This document shows, one piece after another, positions 1 to 10,749 of a DNA stretch of 36,205 bases. Source of the stretch: Klebsormidium nitens (Eukaryota > Plantae > Klebsormidiophyceae); NCBI GenBank assembly GCA_000708835.1, contig DF237194.1:89309-125513 (forward strand), in the 5' to 3' direction. The position numbers and the translations under genes were made by a program. How positions within the stretch are numbered: position 1 is the first letter of the stretch; every line of letters begins with the position of its first letter. A model generated the notes under the pieces. That model searched no databases. It was not told where the DNA came from and worked only from the letters and a program-made list of their open reading frames with translations.

Positions 1-18
1 GGTTTTAGAAGGGAACGG

Positions 19-209
19 GGATGAGGAGAATGAGGCGGAGGAGGGCGACGAAGAGGGGGTTAGAGGCGATCTAAGGATGAAGAGAATGAGGTGGAGGAGG
101 GCGATGAAAGGGGGGGTATAGGGGCCCAGGGATGAGGAGGATGAGGGTGAATGTATGTTACTATAGGGACTCATTATACTCAATGAGGAGGGAATCCGGA
201 TGAGGGGGG
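19..209. repeat. Purine-rich degenerate repeat with a ~56-nt period
   Basis: GGATGAGGAGAATGAGGCGGAGGAGGGCGACGAAG (from 19) vs GGATGAAGAGAATGAGGTGGAGGAGGGCGATGAAA (from 75), differing by transitions. Partial copies at ~130 and ~183-209. Confidence 0.8.
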
Positions 210-377
210 AATGTTGTAATACTTACAAGCCCATTAATACTTTCTCAGCGCCGGTAGAAATAGTTTTCAGCCGCAACAAATGGCCATCAGTCTTGAGGTC
301 TTGGGCTCCGGATCAGGCCCCTGTGCCGTCCAGCCCGAAGTTCATTGTCGGCGGGAGGTTGTATCGGTACTTGACGT

Positions 378-568
378 CCCGGCTTCAGAGTATTCTTTGA
401 AGAGTGTTGACGCGCCTTTGGCATCACTCACTTTCTATCTTCTTGACCGAGCGAAAGGTAAGCATGTTATGTGAAGCCCCGGCTTCAGAATTTCCTCAAA
501 AGCATACTGACGCGCTTCTTGGCATCATTACTTTCTATCTTCTCGGCCGAGCCGAAAGTTAAGCAATG
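378..568. repeat. 100-nt tandem duplication (two diverged copies)
   Basis: CCCGGCTTCAGA...TGACGCGC...TTGGCATCA...ACTTTCTATCTTCT...CCGAGC...TAAGCA occurs at 378-466 and again at 478-568. Confidence 0.9.
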
Positions 569-865
569 GATCCGTCCGACCGACTCGAGCTCAATTTAAA
601 CACCCAAGATTTCAAAAAGAAGATACAAAAGAGACCGTTGTTGCAACGGAGTCGGCCGCGAGAAGGCCCTCATGGTGTTCCAAGAATAGGTATCAAACTT
701 CGTCGTTCTCGACGCGGATCGTTGACGTTGACCACGTCGTCTAAGCGGCTGTCGCGAGACCCTCTAAGATTAGTCCTGGTGATGAAGACTGTGGTCTTTC
801 ACACTCTTTCCTCTCCAAGTAAGTTTTTTTCACAAAAAACCCTGTAAAGACAGCGAATCGGCGTC

Positions 866-930
866 CGCGCGCGCTGCCAGCCAGCGGCCGCAAGCATCGG
901 TCGCTATCGGGCGCAGGCCGCAAGCATTAA
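866..930. promoter_or_regulatory. CG-rich island, putative divergent promoter
   Basis: CCGCGCGCGC run, GCGGCCGC at 884-891, GGCCGCAAGCAT twice. It lies between a leftward remnant and a rightward ORF starting at 937. Confidence 0.4.
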
Positions 931-936
931 TGAATA

Positions 937-1302
937 TTGAACCTTAAGCAAATTCACAGGCCCACATCCGGGCAGAACAAACCAATTCAGGGCAATTCTT
1001 TTGCCCTGTATGATGACGTCTGCATGGGGCAATCGACAGAATCGACACGTAAGGAGGACGCGCACCTAAATTCTTGCCTTGGGCGAATTAGTCTTGGGGC
1101 TTCCCGGTCAGCCGTTGACAGTCATGACGTGCTTCGAAGCTTTGTTAGTGACCTTCCGTTCGAAAATCATTGCCAAAAGGAAATGCTTCTGAAAACCGCA
1201 GGATTGGGGAATTTTGAAACCGTCTACATTCACAAGGAGTGGTGGCGACCTCGTGAACTCTCACAAAGAGGGATGAAAATGATAGTACTAATAGTAACGT
1301 AG
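937..1302 (+). pseudogene. 121-codon open frame, possible gene remnant of unknown product
   Basis: Non-ATG open frame (…SAVDSHDVLRSFVSDLPFENHCQKEMLLKTAGLGNFETVYIHKEWWRP…) starting right after the GC island. No family recognised. Confidence 0.25.
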
Positions 1303-1699
1303 TGTGCGACTGTGTGCCGTAGGAGCTCAATCAGGAGAGGATTTTGACCCTGATATGCAGGAATATGCACAACATCAAGGGGTGTCGTTTTCTTATCCGA
1401 TCGCCTCTTACAGGAAAGCAGAAGGCTTTGTGGGTTAGAATCGTTTCATTGAATCATTTCGTCTATCTTGATTACTGGGCGCAATCTGAATCCCGTCGGT
1501 ATTGCAAGCTATACGTACCATAATCTACACAATTGGCGTCAGATCACTGGACAATCTTTGCTTCAAGCCGGAATCGAAGAGCGAGACACAGAAGCAGTGA
1601 CTTCGCATTGGAAATGAACTTCAGAACATGGAGGGACGGAATGATGCAACGAAGTCAAGACCCTGCAGGTTGTGTCGACGATCGATATTCTGCTGGAGC

Positions 1700-1770
1700 G
1701 ATTTGCCGAGGCGCGGCCGCGTACTGCGCCGCGCGGCCGTGTCGCGCAGCTTCGGACACGCGCGCCGTCT
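1700..1770. promoter_or_regulatory. CG-rich island
   Basis: GCGCGGCCGCG at 1711-1721, GCCGCGCGGCCG and ACGCGCGCC. A long plus-strand frame begins immediately after it. Confidence 0.4.
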
Positions 1771-1772
1771 GA

Positions 1773-3508
1773 AAAGAGGCGCTCGACTTGTCTGCCCTCA
1801 ATCAGAGGATTATCACCGATTATAATCCCCCCACTATCAAGGGCAAGCAGTGCTTTGCAATTGCAGGTGCCGGGAACTCATCAGGACTGTTAATTGAAGC
1901 AGGTTAGAACGAAGGCAGCTTCGACCGATGGCATTATATCTCAAGTGCGCTCTGGCAAGGTGCTTGTACGACGATTAAGTCCACCATGTGCATCAAGGGT
2001 CGAGAGAAGGAAGCTCTCCGCAGTCAAAGCAGTCTTGTCCACGAACGAAGACGTCGAAGAGGGCTCTCGTTCAATGACGGAAAGCCGCAGCGCTTTCTCT
2101 CCGTCGTTTCCTCCCATGAGCAGAACCCAGAGTTTTACAAACGCGGAGAGGTGCTTCTAGGTCTACTTGAGCAGCTTGAAGTTTCTCGGGAGTTTCGCAA
2201 GTGAGATGAAAAAGCACAGAGTGAGGACGTATTGACGGGGGATGGATCTGACAATCTTGAACCGTGGTGTTCATTGATCGTCTCGTCTGAGTCAGTTGAC
2301 TTCCTCAGAATGAATCCCTTCCGCTGTGCCTCGAGCTCTGTTCTTAATTTGGCAGGGAAAGTCAAGAAGCGCCGAAAGCAGCGGAGTGACGAGCGGAAAG
2401 CTTCTTGTGTGGGCAGCAGAGAACCTCCGTTTTCTGGGCGGGTTCAGCACCACCGGGCCGGCCGATGTGGCGGCTGTTGTCCGCCACATTGCTGCCAGCG
2501 CATCCTTCCGGCATCTCGCGTTTGCTACGTTACTGAGAAACCCTGCCTTCTGACAATCGAAGGCGCTACCTTGTCCCTCACGTATGCTTCGTCGGACCCC
2601 ACTCTCAATCGTCTCCGGTCCGTTTTGAGCCGCTTGGCGCCACGTGGGCGCCAAGATCGGCCGCCTTTCGTTGTCCCGTGTGCGACTAGACGAGGAACTT
2701 CGAGAAGGGCAAAGGGAGATTCTTCGACTTCGCAAACAGTCTCCTCGTCAGTGGCTGTAAGATAGAAACACATACAATGGTAGACAAAGGAGAACATGAT
2801 AGCGGCGAGCCCATAGGAACCGATTACCCGTCGACTGATTGTTTGTGCTGCTTGACGAGTAAGTAGCCTGGCATCCAAACTTCTTCCAACTAACCCTCCC
2901 TTGGTCGCATCCCGCAGACCACATGCTGGGCGGTTTCTTATCATAGCCACATTGACTAGGTGCGCCTGAGTAACTTAAACAGGGCACCATCAAGTTGACA
3001 AGATGAAATCTTTCTACTTGATCATGATTTACTAAAACGTGCATGGAAGGAGGGGTAAACTTCCGGCCGTCGGGTTTGCGTGCCTTTGCGTCAGGTAATC
3101 TACCCCAACGAGTAGGAATCTAATGCGAGCACTAAAAGCTTTTTGCTCCTCCTGCCAGCTTTACAATATTAGCCACAACCTTCTTACTGGGCGCTGCACA
3201 AAGAGCCCATCAGGGGAGAGCTGGCTTAGATTATCAGCGCCAGCCCGTTAAAATGTAACGCCGTGACGGGCAGCAAAAGCACGTGCAAAGCCCGCTGGCG
3301 GAGCATGATCTTCTCTCCAGAGAGCGTGATCGTTATCCAATGTTTTCAGGTTCAGCAAGTCGGAAAAAAAGAGTCGGATCCAGCTGGGACAAGCTGCCAC
3401 TGTATTATTTGCATAGTAGATGATTCGAATTCATCAGTATCCATAAGATCCACAGCTGTGGTCTCATGTCAATCAGAAGGTGCTATAATGAAAGATACTC
3501 AACTATAG
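1773..3508 (+). pseudogene. Decayed ~1.7-kb coding remnant of unknown product
   Basis: One frame from 1773 to 2765 (~330 codons) has only two internal stops and joins listed ORFs 1986-2204 and 2232-2765. A second frame from 2777 to 3508 has eight internal stops, seven of them TAA/TAG. Confidence 0.45.
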
Positions 3509-3545
3509 CGCGCGCGTCAGGGTGTGCGCGCGAAGCGCGGGGCGT
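3506..3545. promoter_or_regulatory. CG-rich island
   Basis: AGCGCGCGCGTC...TGTGCGCGCGAAGCGCGGGGCG at the junction between two remnants. Confidence 0.35.
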
Positions 3546-3594
3546 TGCCGAGCAGTTTTGAAGCGAAAAAGAGGCGACAAGCAAGAAATTTGGA

Positions 3595-4200
3595 TCAGAT
3601 TCTTAAAAGCAAAGCCCAAGGGTAAATCACCAGATGGCCAGTCCGGATATATAACGGCCAGCAGCTTGTCGCTGGGTTGAAGACAACGATAAAAAACACT
3701 GTGCGTCGAGAGCGGCCTGGCATTGGCATCAACCTGCTACACAAAGCAATAAATGCATCTTTGACAGAGCTTGCCACAATATTGTCATCGACATCAAGTT
3801 CCATTGACTGACAATAAGTCTCGCTTCAGGCATCCAAAGATCAATTGACAATCTGCCTGCCAAGCTAGCACTTGGAAGCAATCCCCCGGGCATGCAAAGC
3901 ACGCGGCGATCACAGCCAGGACTGCGCAACGCGTTGAAGAGTTAGACTAATGCGAAAGATGAACTCGATATTGTTGGCAGCCAAAGATGCACTTCTGGTT
4001 GGAAGGACACATGATTCTAAATGAAGTGAGAGGTACGAGCCACGAGCTACAGGCAATACAGAGCCAAGTGTATAAAGGGAGGTGTGGTGTAATGACAGAG
4101 TGGTGTAGTCGAACGTAAGAAGATAGACGAGGCTCAGGTTGGGTTAGAGCGATCAGCTTGTGCTCAAGCACGTAGCAAGCAGGCTTTAACCTCACTGCCC
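3595..4200. pseudogene. Possible coding remnant, strand unresolved
   Basis: Protein-like translations on both strands (plus: ITRWPVRIYNGQQLVAGLKTTIKNTVRRERPGIGINLLHKAINASLTELATIL; minus: ORFs 3595-3804 and 3947-4195). There is no paralog to fix the frame. Confidence 0.2.
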
Positions 4201-4370
4201 GCTTAGTGAGCCCTCAAATATCCATTCAAGACAGAGAGCAGGCGGGTTGCCAGTATAAAGATCCGAGGCGCTCCAAAAAGCACTTTCCTCTTCGAAACTT
4301 GTCTTTCGACTCTGAAATTACGCATTAATGTTTGGGGTTTGCCAACGTGTTCTTTCGCGATACCTGCTTT

Positions 4371-5050
4371 CTACGGTAAGATGAAAACGGGTGCGCTTCC
4401 GCGAGGCTTATCGTCCGCTACGGAGCCCCGCTCGTTAAAGCCTTCCGCATTCCGATGGTCTCCGAGCCTTCGGCTGGAATCTTGATTTAATCGGGCTTGT
4501 ATTCGAGCACTTCTATGAACGTGCCCTACGATTGGTCTCAACCAAGTCAGTTGAACTTCAGAATATGCAATTCGACTGTTAGGACGTTCCGTCGTTTCAC
4601 AGTTTTGTGCAAAAACCCGCCGCCGTCTGAATACCACACAAACAGTCCCCAACAGTGATTCAGGGGACGTCGCGGACATGGCATGAGCGGCGTCCAACGT
4701 GATGCCAGACGCACTGATTCCACTATAAAGTCGTTGTGCTGTGACGCTGTATGTTGGAAATGCAGCAGATGCGTACGCTGCGGAGGAGCCCCTCAACGTC
4801 CATTGATGTTGAGTGACGTGGAATAGCCTTCGACTCCGTATGAACGTCACCCTCGCGCCTGACGTACTGTAAGCGAAGCCGTGCACCCCACTCATCCTTG
4901 CCAGCGCCTCGACAGACCCCGGCTGTCCACTCTAGTTGCCCGCGCCACCCCACGAGCCGTCGCAGGAAGAACACTCCAAATAAAACCCGTTCCGGAAGGA
5001 AAGTGGACACATTTGTGGCCAATTCGGACTGGGCCCTTCGTTATCATGGG
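4371..5050 (-). pseudogene. Decayed minus-strand remnant including a 174-codon open frame
   Basis: ORF 4371-4895 plus overlapping upstream frames, starting next to the GC run at 5064-5075. It carries a GAGKDEW word resembling the R1 GxGKDD motif. Confidence 0.35.
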
Positions 5051-5059
5051 CTCCAACAA

Positions 5060-5112
5060 GTGCGCGCGCGCGTACGTTAAACGTGGACCCGCTAGCCGCA
5101 TATTGGCCGTCG
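5060..5112. promoter_or_regulatory. CG-rich island
   Basis: GTGCGCGCGCGCGTACG followed by CCCGCTAGCCGC and TGGCCG. Confidence 0.3.
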
Positions 5113-5129
5113 TGTTCCGGCTCTTATAG

Positions 5130-6600
5130 AGTGGTGATTTGTCCTAAAGTATCCATCACTGGCCCAGCTTGGGGCCAACGTCACAATCTGAATGGCGCCG
5201 TTCAAAGCACCTGAAATGGGCACGAGACTTCAATCCGAGTTCTGAAGTGGCTTTGGCGAAGTCCCGGTCGACTGGCCCGTTGAAGTAGCTTCGTACTTTG
5301 GAAAAGTGATTCAATTCTCTCGGTGCCACAATCAAGCACGAACTTCTTTTAGAAGGATTCGAATTGCGAAATATGAGCCCCAATCAAGATGCATTGAACG
5401 AGCTTCTTCAGAATGAGCCGAGTCACTAATGAACATCTTACGTGGTAGGACTGGGAAAGGAGTCTTCGAACCGCTCACGATCAATCATTTGGCTTCAATG
5501 CAGTGGGCTGAAGGTGACGTCAGCTTCAGCTACGTCTATTTCACCATCGCTTTGAATCGATTTATTCCTTGCCAGATGGACGATCTCTGTAAAGGTCAAA
5601 CAGACAAAACAAAGAGGTTAAAATCTACATAAACAGTATCAAAAGGTTTCTGAGTCCGCTGCCTTTCTCGATCGGACGCTTCGATTCCTACCAAAAGCAC
5701 GGGATGTCGAGAAGCGAGTGCCTTGAAGGGAAATGGGTCCTCCAAAAGCTCTCGAAGAAAGGATTGACTCTTTCTTAACCGCTTAAATGTTGTGGACCGA
5801 CGCCTAAGTGCTTGAGACCAAGGCTCATGAGAGACCACTCAATTAACGTGTTCTCCCATGTCGAGATGATACATCGGCTTTGCATAGAGTAAACTTCGCG
5901 GCCGCCTGCGTGATTGTCACCGCGCTTTTCCAACGCTTATACGAGAAAGCTGAAATGCCAGGCGTCGGAAGCTTGCACTCCGCACCACCGCCGTTTTGGG
6001 AACGTTATTGGGCTGCTCCTCAAAGTCGGTCTACCCAGTCGACGGTCTTACTCGAATTCTTGTATGGCGGCTTGCGCAAGCATCCGAGTATCAAGGTACT
6101 CACTGAGTATTCGAGAGCTGCATCGAGACATGACGGACCCTGCCTTGTCCAGTCATTGTTGAGGCCGGCTTTCGAAACGAGCCGCATCTCTTCGCACTAA
6201 TGATTTGCGGTTAACAACGTCAAGATTTCTCATTGCCGACTCAACGCGGGGTTGAACGTCTAGCTCAAGTGGGCGGCGCTGATCTCTTACGTAATTTTCA
6301 TGGAACGGGTCCACCATGGCCGCGAACTTTCGATAGTTTCTGGTCGTGGAGCTGGCTGTTCCTCAGCGTCTCAAAGAATATGCCAAAATCAGTATGTTTA
6401 GAAAGCAGATTACAGCCGCTTGTTACTCCGCTAGCGTACGTAGGATATGTGCGTGATGCTGGGCTCGACTTTCATAAGCTGCCAAGAACAAGCACGCCTA
6501 GATGCTCGCGAGCCACACAACGACTTTCATTGTCATCTCGGGGAGATTTTGAGGACCACTTGATCATGATCAGATTTTGTGGACCTGGGGCGGGAACACG
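5130..6600 (-). pseudogene. Decayed ~1.5-kb minus-strand coding remnant of unknown product
   Basis: Long frames with sparse stops: MVDPFHENYVRDQRRPLELDVQPRVESAMRNLDVV...ILSEYLDTRMLAQAAIQEFE*...WCGVQASDAWHFSFLV*ALEKRG and FLRELLEDPFPFKALASRHPVLLVG...MHLDWGSYFAIRILLKEVRA*LWHREN*ITFPKY. It starts downstream of the island at ~6725-6800. Confidence 0.5.
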
Positions 6601-6724
6601 TAGGTTAGATCAAGCGGTACATTGTGCACGCGCGACAAAAAAAAGGGCTTAAAAAGGCTTGCAACAACAAGTCCAGGCTGTCCAGCTGGCCGTTTCCAGA
6701 AGCTGACGGGGAAGCGGCTGCATG

Positions 6725-6800
6725 AAATTCGCCGCGACGCGGCCACCGCCACGCTGCGAGACGTATGAGCGCTACGCAGAACTCGACCGCAAGCGCCCCT
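6725..6800. promoter_or_regulatory. CG-rich island, putative promoter of the 6600-5130 remnant
   Basis: TTCGCCGCGACGCGGCCACCGCCACGCTGCG ... CCGCAAGCGCCCC. Confidence 0.3.
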
Positions 6801-7118
6801 AACAACAGGGAAGCAAAGCACAGTTAGAGCACGAAGGATGCCTTTATTTCAGCATGTGGGCTGTGTAGAACCTCTTTACGTACTAGAAACGGGGCGGCTG
6901 GTAAAAGTAAAACGACCACGGCTTGGAAGTACACGAGGTGTGCTTTCGTGCTGTACTAGCATAGCTACTCACAAGCTCAAGGCTTCCGATGTTTTGGCAA
7001 GGGATCTTTAAAGAACATGCTTAGGATTACACGATGTATTGGCGAGGATACATACACTGTACTACTGTAATTTGAGATTCTAGTGTTGATAGCGCTCTGG
7101 GACTTCGGCACTGCATTG

Positions 7119-7132
7119 TAGTACTAGTACTA
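7119..7132. repeat. Perfect 14-bp palindrome TAGTACTAGTACTA
   Basis: It is its own reverse complement and lies in a TA-rich non-coding stretch with several other GTACT words. Confidence 0.9.
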
Positions 7133-7249
7133 TGGTCTGTGGTCTGTGGCTCGAGGTTCTGGGGAATGCTCTAAAGGCTGGCACCCGCAGTCCTCAAGCA
7201 CTTTTGACTAGACAGTTTACTTGGCGGGGACTTGGCGTCATGAAAATGG

Positions 7250-7640
7250 CCCCGCAGCGGAAAGCGGCGGCCGCGAGCGGGTTATGCCGCGGTCAACGTC
7301 GCTGACGCGCGGCCGCCGCCTGTATAAGCTCGTTGGGGCGCCGCGGCCAGGTCCAGCGGCCAGCGACTGGCATCAGAACCGACCGATGATCCGGGTTGCC
7401 TGAATCGACGGCCCTACTTTGCCGGTCCTTCCGTGCTGGATTCGGCCGTGCATGCGCCGAGACCCGTCTGTCCGAGTCGGCGCGACAGAGTAATGACGCC
7501 TGAATTAATTGCCCCTGGGAATTGCCCCCTCTTGAATGGAGGGTTGCAACGCCCTATTCGTAAATATACGTCTCTATGTATACAGGTTTTAAGAGGCGAG
7601 ATAAGCGGGCGGAGCTCTAGCTAGCGGCCGCCAGCGAGCG
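7250..7640. promoter_or_regulatory. Cluster of CG-rich islands with three GCGGCCGC sites
   Basis: GCGGCCGC at 7267, 7309 and 7624; TATA-like TGTATAAG at ~7321; AATTGCCCC repeated at 7507 and 7520. Confidence 0.35.
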
Positions 7641-7949
7641 AACAGTCAACGTTTTCACTAAGCCCTGAATCGAGCCCGGTGCATGCCTGGTGCATGCAGA
7701 TCGATTGACTGAGGGGTGCTTTTAGCCGATCGAGGCCAGTCGTCGGGTGGCTAACCAGAAATTTTGAGAGCTCAGTCGAATCGCAGTTCTGAAGAGATTT
7801 GGCTAATTAGTTCAAAGTTGAGCGGAGCCATCAGCCTACTGCAAAGTCCCGGATCAGTCTGTTCTGGAGTATTTTGATTTGAGATGAGGATGACAGGCCG
7901 TCCTAGCAACGCGACCAAGCGATCGCGAATCACAATATGGAAAAAGTGT

Positions 7950-10740
7950 GCGCGCGGTGACGGTGTTGTTTGGACCCAAGATTTTGCGGGGCGGTTCTGA
8001 TCCGATCAAAATGCGACCTGCTTTGTTTCTTCTCAGGCCACATGCGTTGATCAGGATTTATAATGAGCATGTCCAATCAGACGCTCAAGGTTAACATTTA
8101 CTAGAATTGGAATCAAAATACATATGCCAACCGGCTTCCAATTGTAAGACTCATGGACCCAGCAGTTCTGCTTCGGTCAGATCACACGTCTTGAAGCAAC
8201 GTCGGCCGAGTCGTCCTTGCCGGTGCCGCATCAGACTTGGAAGACTTGCACATGTTCGGCCCATTTTTTCGAATACTGAATTGTACAAGGGGATTGCCAG
8301 TGTAACAGGCTCGGCCGAGCACCAGTTAAGAAGCTTTTGATTTCATTGAACCGGTCCCAATATGCAATCGGCCAGGACGGACATGTTCACAGCAGTGTTT
8401 GGAACTGCAAGAGCAAGACTCGAAGGAATGATCCAAGTACAGATTCAGTGGCAAAGGTGACGGGTCCATGTTCGAGGCAGGGGGTAAAACGATCCTTGAG
8501 ATCTAGAAGCCTGAGGTGGGCAAAGCATAATTGGCGGGGGATGTTTGGCCGTGCAAGCTCAAGCACTCAACATGTCAATTGGCTTCGGAAACAAAACCCT
8601 AGCCTAGTAGAGATATCGATCTCTGAGAGAGACAATCAGGAATGAATCTCCGTGAGGCGTGGTACAAAACGATGGTGACAGGAAATGGGTTCGGGCTGGG
8701 ACCTGCCACTGGCTGGGGCGTTCAAGAATCAGTCGAGGGGCTCCAATGTATGCACTTTCGAAAGTTGCAGTTGGAAGCTGGATTGATTGAGTGACCGTCC
8801 AGCTATCGGGAAGCGTTCATAAGAAGCGAACGGATCGTCGTTGCCGTGTCGCATTAGAAGCATGAAGACGAAATCGGACCCTTTGCAGGGCCAAAATCAT
8901 AATCAACTTTATCTCCGTAAAATTGAGTAAGTAGACATGTATTTTATGCGCTCAATAGTAGCTTCAGGTCTACCGAGAACCCGAGGTTGTCACTGACGCT
9001 ACGCATCAGCTGGGTATCCGCCATCCTCGCCAGTCGGTGCGCCGAATGTGCACTAAGTAACAAGCTTTCCGCGCAACCGTCAGCGCATATCGACTTGGAA
9101 AGAAGAGAGTCCAGTTGACACCCCAGATTGAGTCTTGTGTTACATTTGCGAAAACGACTGTCGCAAACGACTTGCAAGGAAAATGGTTGCACATTTGGAC
9201 CTTCAGTGTCATTGCCGGAAGACGATTTCCAGCATTCAGGATTATAGATCCGTGTCGGTGGGCGTCCTCGCGAGGCTAGGAAACGGCGCGTCAATTAGCG
9301 GTGGAGCGATGCGCTATGGGCTGATATCTAATGGATATCAAGCACGCATTGAGCCCGGCGTCAAAGATAGGATTGTTTGGAAGACAGCTGTGACCTACTA
9401 CAACGCGTCGTCGTCACGGAATCCCCTTCTCACAGCCGGTAAAGCTTTCAAATCGTGAGAGCAACTGTTGCATTGAAGCACTGATTTTGATAATTCTATC
9501 TGGTTTGGCCATCTAGCTTCATGTGCCATGATTCTGTAACGTGGCCTCGAAACAGACTGGGAGAGTTGAGGCGTTTATTGGCATCAAGCTGGAGGAACAA
9601 AAGAAAATGGCTCGAGTGCCGCAAGAGACCTCAGAGAGCAGCCCAGTCATCCTCGCGGCCAGCAGTACAAGCAGAGCCGAACCATTGAGGCCTCTCGGTC
9701 GATCGGAGGGCGGCAGCAGTCGTCTCGCGAAGAACTCCTACGATTTCGGACTCTCGTCTTTTCTTGTACCACTCCCTACCAAAACGTATATTCTCGTTGA
9801 TTCGCTTGGTGCCGGAAAGTTGCCAGGTTATCTGGGCCCCGACGTTGCCTCTCAGCCCTTCGAAAGGGGATGGTTTGCAGCCAACACGGCTGATCCAAGA
9901 AGACCCATGAGCTTTGCTAGCATGCTGAACCAACGACCTTACTGAGAATATTGGCGTCGTGACTCGCCAGCCTTATAGGGGGTTCAGCTGGACTCGAAAA
10001 GCAAAGAATATCCCTCGAAACCGGAAAGCATGGTGCCCACTCCTTATTAGAAGAGACATGTGACCCGCCTCCTACATTTATGTGAGAATTCAAGATATTA
10101 CGTTCCCGCGATAGAGCCGCAGCTTCTTACCCAAATGGGTTTGTTGAGAGAACGATAACGTACTTCGTCTTCATGTCACGAGATCGAGTCAAGACTGATT
10201 GTGGCTACCCCAGAACGTCCTTATACCAATGCAAGCTGAACAGACAAAAAGTAGTTTTCCACGAGCCGTTTGCATGTTGCCACTTGAAACGTGCTGCCTA
10301 AGATCGACCACTTCAATGTAGAAAGACTGGTCACGAGAAATCGTGTCAAGCGATTGAATTATCAAGGTAAGCTTAAAACACCCTGTGGCAGCTTGGAGGA
10401 ACTCACGTACGGCCGTCACATTAGCTAGTTCAAGCCACCGCGCGCGCGCGTTCAATCTGCCGGCTTCAGGGATCAGAACCGCCAAGATGCATTGCCCAAA
10501 GTTCACGAAAGCAGTAAGGCCAGTGATCGTCTTCGCCAGCATAGTGAGGAAAATATCAAAGCTGGTGCGCTCACACACCTCGTCAATCTTTATATATCAA
10601 AGCGCATTGCTATAGCACGCTCAAAGATTCAGAAACCTGGAGAAATATTGGGAACGACCTTGTGGTGGTATCACGCTTTTGATCGAATCAACGCACTGGA
10701 GGATGAAGTAACGTCAATAAGTATACGCGGATAGGAGGCA
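7950..10740 (-). pseudogene. Decayed minus-strand remnant(s), partly related to family R1
   Basis: AGCAACG...GTCGTCCTTGCC at 8195-8221 matches R1b 12934-12961. The 129-codon open frame 10189-10578 (IDEVCERTSFDIFLTMLAKTITGL...LELANVTAVREFLQAATG) is protein-like. The full extent of homology is unverified. Confidence 0.35.
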
Positions 10741-10749
10741 ATTCAACAG

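Larger units (their letters stand above)
1..860 (-). pseudogene. Decayed minus-strand coding remnant of unknown product, running off the left edge into a Ser/Pro-rich tail
   Basis: One minus frame from ~385 to the window start reads SRDVKYRYNLPPTMNFGLDGTGA*SGAQDLKTDGHLLRLKTISTGAEKVLMGL*VLQHSPLIRIPSS... with only two stops. An upstream fragment reads YLFLEHHEGLLAADSVATTV (~700-640). It starts beside the GC island at 866-930. Confidence 0.35.

Noticed and set aside
215-240. TTAC at 223-226 as a Starship-type insertion boundary
   Set aside because: A 4-mer is uninformative, a minus-strand frame runs through it, and no tyrosine-recombinase captain gene is visible.
1850-2020. P-loop/NB-ARC hints (AIAGAGNSSG; GREKE)
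   Set aside because: There is no GK(S/T), and the two motifs are in the wrong order for an NB-ARC or AAA domain.
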